Shown: positions 34,346-38,395 of the stretch, piece by piece | Position numbering within the stretch: the stretch's first letter is position 1 | How the letters are laid out: every line of letters starts with the position of its first letter | Source of the DNA: a virus | Lineage: Duplodnaviria; Caudoviricetes | Length of the DNA stretch: 38,395 nucleotides | Strand: one strand, 5' to 3' | IMG/VR virus record: IMGVR_UViG_3300030095_001230 | Location: 1 to 38,395 of that record | The notes under the pieces: model-generated | What the model saw: only the letters and a program-made list of their open reading frames with translations | Databases searched by the model: none | Told to the model about the DNA's origin: nothing | Made by a program: the position numbers and the translations under genes

Positions 34346-36846
34346 GTTTAGTAGATTGTATAATTAAAGGTTCAGATCAAGGAATTATATCAGCTGAGAA
34401 GCAAATGGATATGATTAATGATTTTGAATTAAATAAAGAAAAATATTTAAAATTAGGAATGTCAGAAGGTGCAGCTGAACGACAAGCTGGTATAGATACT
34501 TTTGATAAAGTTAAATATGATAAAGCTCGTAAGATACAAATAGCAACTATTAACGCAAAAAAACAAGCTGCATTTAATTATCAAATAGAAAATTCAGGCA
34601 TGAACCCAGGAGAAGTAATGGAACGCTTCTTTGGTCAAATGGAAGTACGAGAAGGTTTAAAGTTTATTAATAGTGTTGAAGATCAAATTTATTTTTTTCG
34701 AGCAATAGCACAAAAAGAATTTGGTAAAATATTATTTGAATTTAATCAAACAGCTACTGGTGGTGTTAAAAAGAAAGCTGGTCAAATGCAAATGGTAAGA
34801 GAAATAGTCGAGCCAGGCACAACTAAAAATAAATCAGCACAAGAATTAGCTTTGGCATGGACTAGAACATCAGAATTATTACGCAAAATGTTTAATGAAA
34901 GAGGGGGTAATATTCCTAAAATGGAAGGGAATTACTTACCTCAATTTCATGATAAAGATTTAATTGCTGCTGTTGATTTTGAAACATGGAGAGATTTTAT
35001 TCTTCCTCGTTTAGATTTAGAACGCATGATTAATTATCGTACTGGACAAGCTTTTTCTCCTGAAGCTTTAGAATTAGCTTTAGCTAAATCATATGATGGT
35101 ATTATTTTTGAAGGTGCAAATAAACCAAGTGTGCATCAGGGTTATGGTGCTGCGATGTATAATAAAAGAATAGATCATCGTTTTTTTCATTTTAAAAATG
35201 CTGATGCTTGGCAAGAATACAATGCCAAATTTGGTGGCGATAGTTCTCCTTTTGATATTATGGTTGGACATTTTGAAACCATGACAAGAGATATAGGAAT
35301 GATGGATGTATTAGGTGCTAATCCTGATGCGATGGTTCGTTGGATGGGTTCAAGAGTAAAACAATTACAGCGATTAGAAATTAAAAAAATGTCGCCAAAA
35401 GATTTTAAAAAATACGAAAACAAAATGAACCAACATATTAATAGTGCAGAAGCGATGCATATGTATTTAAAAGGTTCTCTCCATGCTCCAGTTAATAAAG
35501 GTATTGCTGTAACAATGGCATCTTTAAGAGGAGTACAAACAGTTACAAAATTAGGATCAGCTCCAGTATTAGCTTTAGGCGATGTAAACTTTGCTCGTAC
35601 AACAGCTGCTTTTGCTGGATTGCCACAAGCAAGATTTATGGCAAGTCATGTTAGACAAATAATGACATTACCTGGAAGTGAATGGAGAAAGATAGCAGCA
35701 ACAAGTGATGTTGTTGCCGATAGTTATATGAATGTATCTTCTTCATCAGCAAGATTTACAGCTGATATGACGGAGCAAACAGAAGTAATGCGTAGAGTTA
35801 CCGATGCTTCGTTAAAATTTTCTGGTTTAAATTGGCAAACACAAGGAGGAAAGAACGCAGCTGGTTTAGAATTTATGGCACAACTAGAAAGATTGCCTAG
35901 TAACTTTGATAAATTACCAAAACATTTTCAAGATTATTTAGAAATGAATGGCATAGGCAAAGATGCCTGGAGAATAATAAAAGAAACAGAACCATGGGAA
36001 GCAAGACCAGGAGCAAAGTTTTTACAACCCAGTGATATTTTAAACAGATCAGATTTATCTAAAGAAGTTGCAGAAGAATTATCAAAAAAATTAATGATGG
36101 CAACTAGACGATTTGTTGCTTTTGCCGTTCCTGAAGTTAATGCAAAATCTGCTACATCAGGTTTAATTGTTGGTTTAGGAAAAACTAAGTCAGGTACAGC
36201 TGAAGGGGAAGTGATGCGTATGATATTACAATTTAAACAATTCCCAATGACTTTTCATCACACACATATTATGCGTGGATTAACTCGTAATGGATTATCA
36301 GGCAAAGCAAAATATTTAGTACCATTAGTTATTTCTACAACCTTAATGGGAGCATTAGCTTTTGAATTAAAACAAGTATTAAAAGGAAAAGATACAACAA
36401 CTGTTGAAGGATTAACTGATCCTAAATATTGGCTCAATGCTATGATACATGGTGGTGGTTTAGGATATTATGGCGATCTTTTATTTGGTACAAGGTATAG
36501 TGCAGCTTCAGGACTTGCTGGTGTACTAGGTGCTACTCCAGCTATGCTCTTTGATATATTAGGTTTAACAACTGGTAATATTTATGAAGGTATTTCAAAA
36601 GATAAAGATATGAATATTGGTGCAGATTTATCAAGTTTTATGAGAAAACATACTCCAGGATCATCGCATTGGTATTTACGACTAGCGATGGAACGATTAA
36701 TTTTTGATACATTACAAAAAATGATTGATCCAAAATGGAATAGAAAAAAGAAACAAAAAATAAAACGAACAAAAAAATTACAGAATACAGATTTTTGGTG
36801 GCGACCTGGCGATATTATGCCTGACCGACCTCCAAGTTTTTTTTAA
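34342..36846 (+). CDS. Large internal virion (ejection) protein (start revised to MSLVDC, ATGA overlap)
   Basis: YLPQFHD, R.FHFKNADAW..Y...FG, QFKQFP and GGGLGYYGDLL motifs; precedes the tail fibre. Confidence 0.8.
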   Translation: MSLVDCIIKGSDQGIISAEKQMDMINDFELNKEKYLKLGMSEGAAERQAGIDTFDKVKYDKARKIQIATINAKKQAAFNYQIENSGMNPGEVMERFFGQMEVREGLKFINSVEDQIYFFRAIAQKEFGKILFEFNQTATGGVKKKAGQMQMVREIVEPGTTKNKSAQELALAWTRTSELLRKMFNERGGNIPKMEGNYLPQFHDKDLIAAVDFETWRDFILPRLDLERMINYRTGQAFSPEALELALAKSYDGIIFEGANKPSVHQGYGAAMYNKRIDHRFFHFKNADAWQEYNAKFGGDSSPFDIMVGHFETMTRDIGMMDVLGANPDAMVRWMGSRVKQLQRLEIKKMSPKDFKKYENKMNQHINSAEAMHMYLKGSLHAPVNKGIAVTMASLRGVQTVTKLGSAPVLALGDVNFARTTAAFAGLPQARFMASHVRQIMTLPGSEWRKIAATSDVVADSYMNVSSSSARFTADMTEQTEVMRRVTDASLKFSGLNWQTQGGKNAAGLEFMAQLERLPSNFDKLPKHFQDYLEMNGIGKDAWRIIKETEPWEARPGAKFLQPSDILNRSDLSKEVAEELSKKLMMATRRFVAFAVPEVNAKSATSGLIVGLGKTKSGTAEGEVMRMILQFKQFPMTFHHTHIMRGLTRNGLSGKAKYLVPLVISTTLMGALAFELKQVLKGKDTTTVEGLTDPKYWLNAMIHGGGLGYYGDLLFGTRYSAASGLAGVLGATPAMLFDILGLTTGNIYEGISKDKDMNIGADLSSFMRKHTPGSSHWYLRLAMERLIFDTLQKMIDPKWNRKKKQKIKRTKKLQNTDFWWRPGDIMPDRPPSFF

Positions 36847-36944
36847 AAATAGTTGAACACTATTGACAATTAATATATGAAATAACGATAAACTAATCGA
36901 TACATATCGATAGTTACTTATTTCCCAAACATTAAAGGACTACA

Positions 36945-38395
36945 ATGACAATTTCTAGCACGACTACGAAGAATTCGTATAGTGGTAATGGATCTACTAC
37001 AACCTTTGCTTATGGGTTTTACATACCAGCATCAACAGATATACAAGTAATTGTAAGATCTGCTACTGGAACGGAAACAGTAAAAGCTGAAGGTACTGGA
37101 TCAACTAACTATGCTATTACAAATGTTGGCAACGCCAGCGGTGGAAACATAGTATTTGTAACTGCACCAATATCAGGGGAAACAGTTGTACTTCGAAGAA
37201 ATACAGCAAAGACACAAGCAACTGATTATGTTGCTAATGATCCTTTTCCAGCAGAAACACATGAGGATGCATTAGATAAACTAACAATTATTGGTCAAGA
37301 TTTACAAGAGCAGATTGATCGTTCATTAAAAATTTCAAGAACGAATACAATGACTTCAACAGAATTTACTGTTGGATCAACAGATCGTGCATCAAAGATT
37401 TTAGCTTTTGATAGTTCAGGAGAATTATCCGTTACCCAAGAATTAGGTACAGTAAAAGGTAACTGGGCTGCATCAACAGCTTATGTTGTAAGAGATATAG
37501 TTAAAGATACATCCACTAATAATATTTTTATTGCTTTAACAGCTCATACATCTTCTGGCTCACAGCCACTAACAACAAATACAGATAGTGCTAAATGGAG
37601 TTTATTAGTAGATGCTGCATCGGCAACTACAAGTCAAACTGCTGCTGCATCAAGTGCTACTGCTGCTGCAAGTTCTGCAACAGCTGCTGCATCATCCGCA
37701 TCAACTGCATCTGGTCATAAAGATACTGCAACGACAAAAGCAAGTGAAGCTGCATCATCCGCTACAGCTGCGGCATCATCCGCTACGTCTGCTGCTGCAA
37801 GTTATGATAATTTTGATGATAGATATTTAGGAGCAAAATCTTCTGATCCATCTAATGATAATGATGGAGATAGTTTAATTACTGGTGCTTTATATTTTAA
37901 TACATCAAACAATGTAATGATGGTTTACACAGGAAGTGCCTGGGTAAGAACAACACCAACATCTTCTAACCAAACAAATATTAATACTGTTGCTGCTGAT
38001 GCTACTGATATTGGAAATGTTAGTGGTAGTATTTCTAATGTTAATACTGTCGCTGGATCAATTTCAAATGTTAATACAACTGCTGGATCAATATCCAATG
38101 TTAATACAGTAGCTGGTGCAATAGCAAATGTTAATACAACTGCATCTAATATTACTGGAGTAAATAGTTTTGCTGATAGATATAGAGTAGGATCTAGTGA
38201 TCCATCTTCTTCACTTGATGAGGGAGATCTATTTTATAACTCATCAGATAATGCTTTAAAATATTACAACGGATCATCCTGGTCATCTATTGTTGCTGAT
38301 ACCGATGTTAAAGTTCTTGTAAGTTCAAATGACTCAACTGCTGGTTATTTGAATGGTAAATTAGTTGCTGGTACAGCAATTACTTTCACAGAAAA
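36945..38395 (+). CDS. Main tail fibre protein, T7 gp17-like N-terminal anchor (3'-truncated; not in ORF track)
   Basis: MTISSTTTKNSYSGNGSTTTFAYGF...LRRNT..TQATDY...PFPAETHEDALDKLT; RBS AAAGGA; Ala/Ser-rich coil; reads open towards the window end. Confidence 0.93.
   Translation, partial: MTISSTTTKNSYSGNGSTTTFAYGFYIPASTDIQVIVRSATGTETVKAEGTGSTNYAITNVGNASGGNIVFVTAPISGETVVLRRNTAKTQATDYVANDPFPAETHEDALDKLTIIGQDLQEQIDRSLKISRTNTMTSTEFTVGSTDRASKILAFDSSGELSVTQELGTVKGNWAASTAYVVRDIVKDTSTNNIFIALTAHTSSGSQPLTTNTDSAKWSLLVDAASATTSQTAAASSATAAASSATAAASSASTASGHKDTATTKASEAASSATAAASSATSAAASYDNFDDRYLGAKSSDPSNDNDGDSLITGALYFNTSNNVMMVYTGSAWVRTTPTSSNQTNINTVAADATDIGNVSGSISNVNTVAGSISNVNTTAGSISNVNTVAGAIANVNTTASNITGVNSFADRYRVGSSDPSSSLDEGDLFYNSSDNALKYYNGSSWSSIVADTDVKVLVSSNDSTAGYLNGKLVAGTAITFTE
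37977..38156 (+). repeat. Six 30-bp (10-aa NVNTVAGSIS-type) tandem coding repeats in tail fibre
   Basis: AATGTTAATAC(T/A)...GCTGG recurring at a 30-bp period. Confidence 0.85.

Noticed and set aside
30730-35423. Several antisense/off-frame ORFs of 60-150 aa inside virion genes
   Set aside because: Fully nested in long well-supported genes, with no recognisable motifs.
37612-37830. 72-aa Leu/His/Gln ORF
   Set aside because: Off-frame reading of Ala/Ser repeats in the tail fibre starting at 36945.

Overview
Near-complete, circularly permuted genome of an AT-rich temperate podophage in its excised/free form (attP intact); the window starts and ends inside tail-fibre genes. A T7/HTVC010P-style virion module (TerS/TerL, portal, scaffold, major capsid, decoration protein, tail tubular A and B, internal virion proteins, tail fibres) is joined to a lambdoid control region: tyrosine integrase, attP, Xis-like, CI/Cro-like switch, exonuclease + annealing protein + SSB, and an HTH replication initiator with internal iterons. 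No phage DNA or RNA polymerase is visible. An alphaproteobacterial, possibly SAR11-like, host is inferred from composition, gene content and promoter style, not proven. Three standout observations: (1) a lambda-like attP whose symmetric core carries only the 7-nt tRNA-Asn anticodon loop, 160 bp from a complete phage tRNA-Asn, suggesting integration destroys the host tRNA and the phage supplies a replacement; (2) a 1423-aa internal virion protein fusing a pesticin-type muramidase, a ParB-like domain and a RelA/SpoT-type synthetase domain; (3) an A10 tract at the end of that muramidase domain that could release a free endolysin, where no stand-alone endolysin is seen beside the holins. All family assignments are by motif recognition, not database search.
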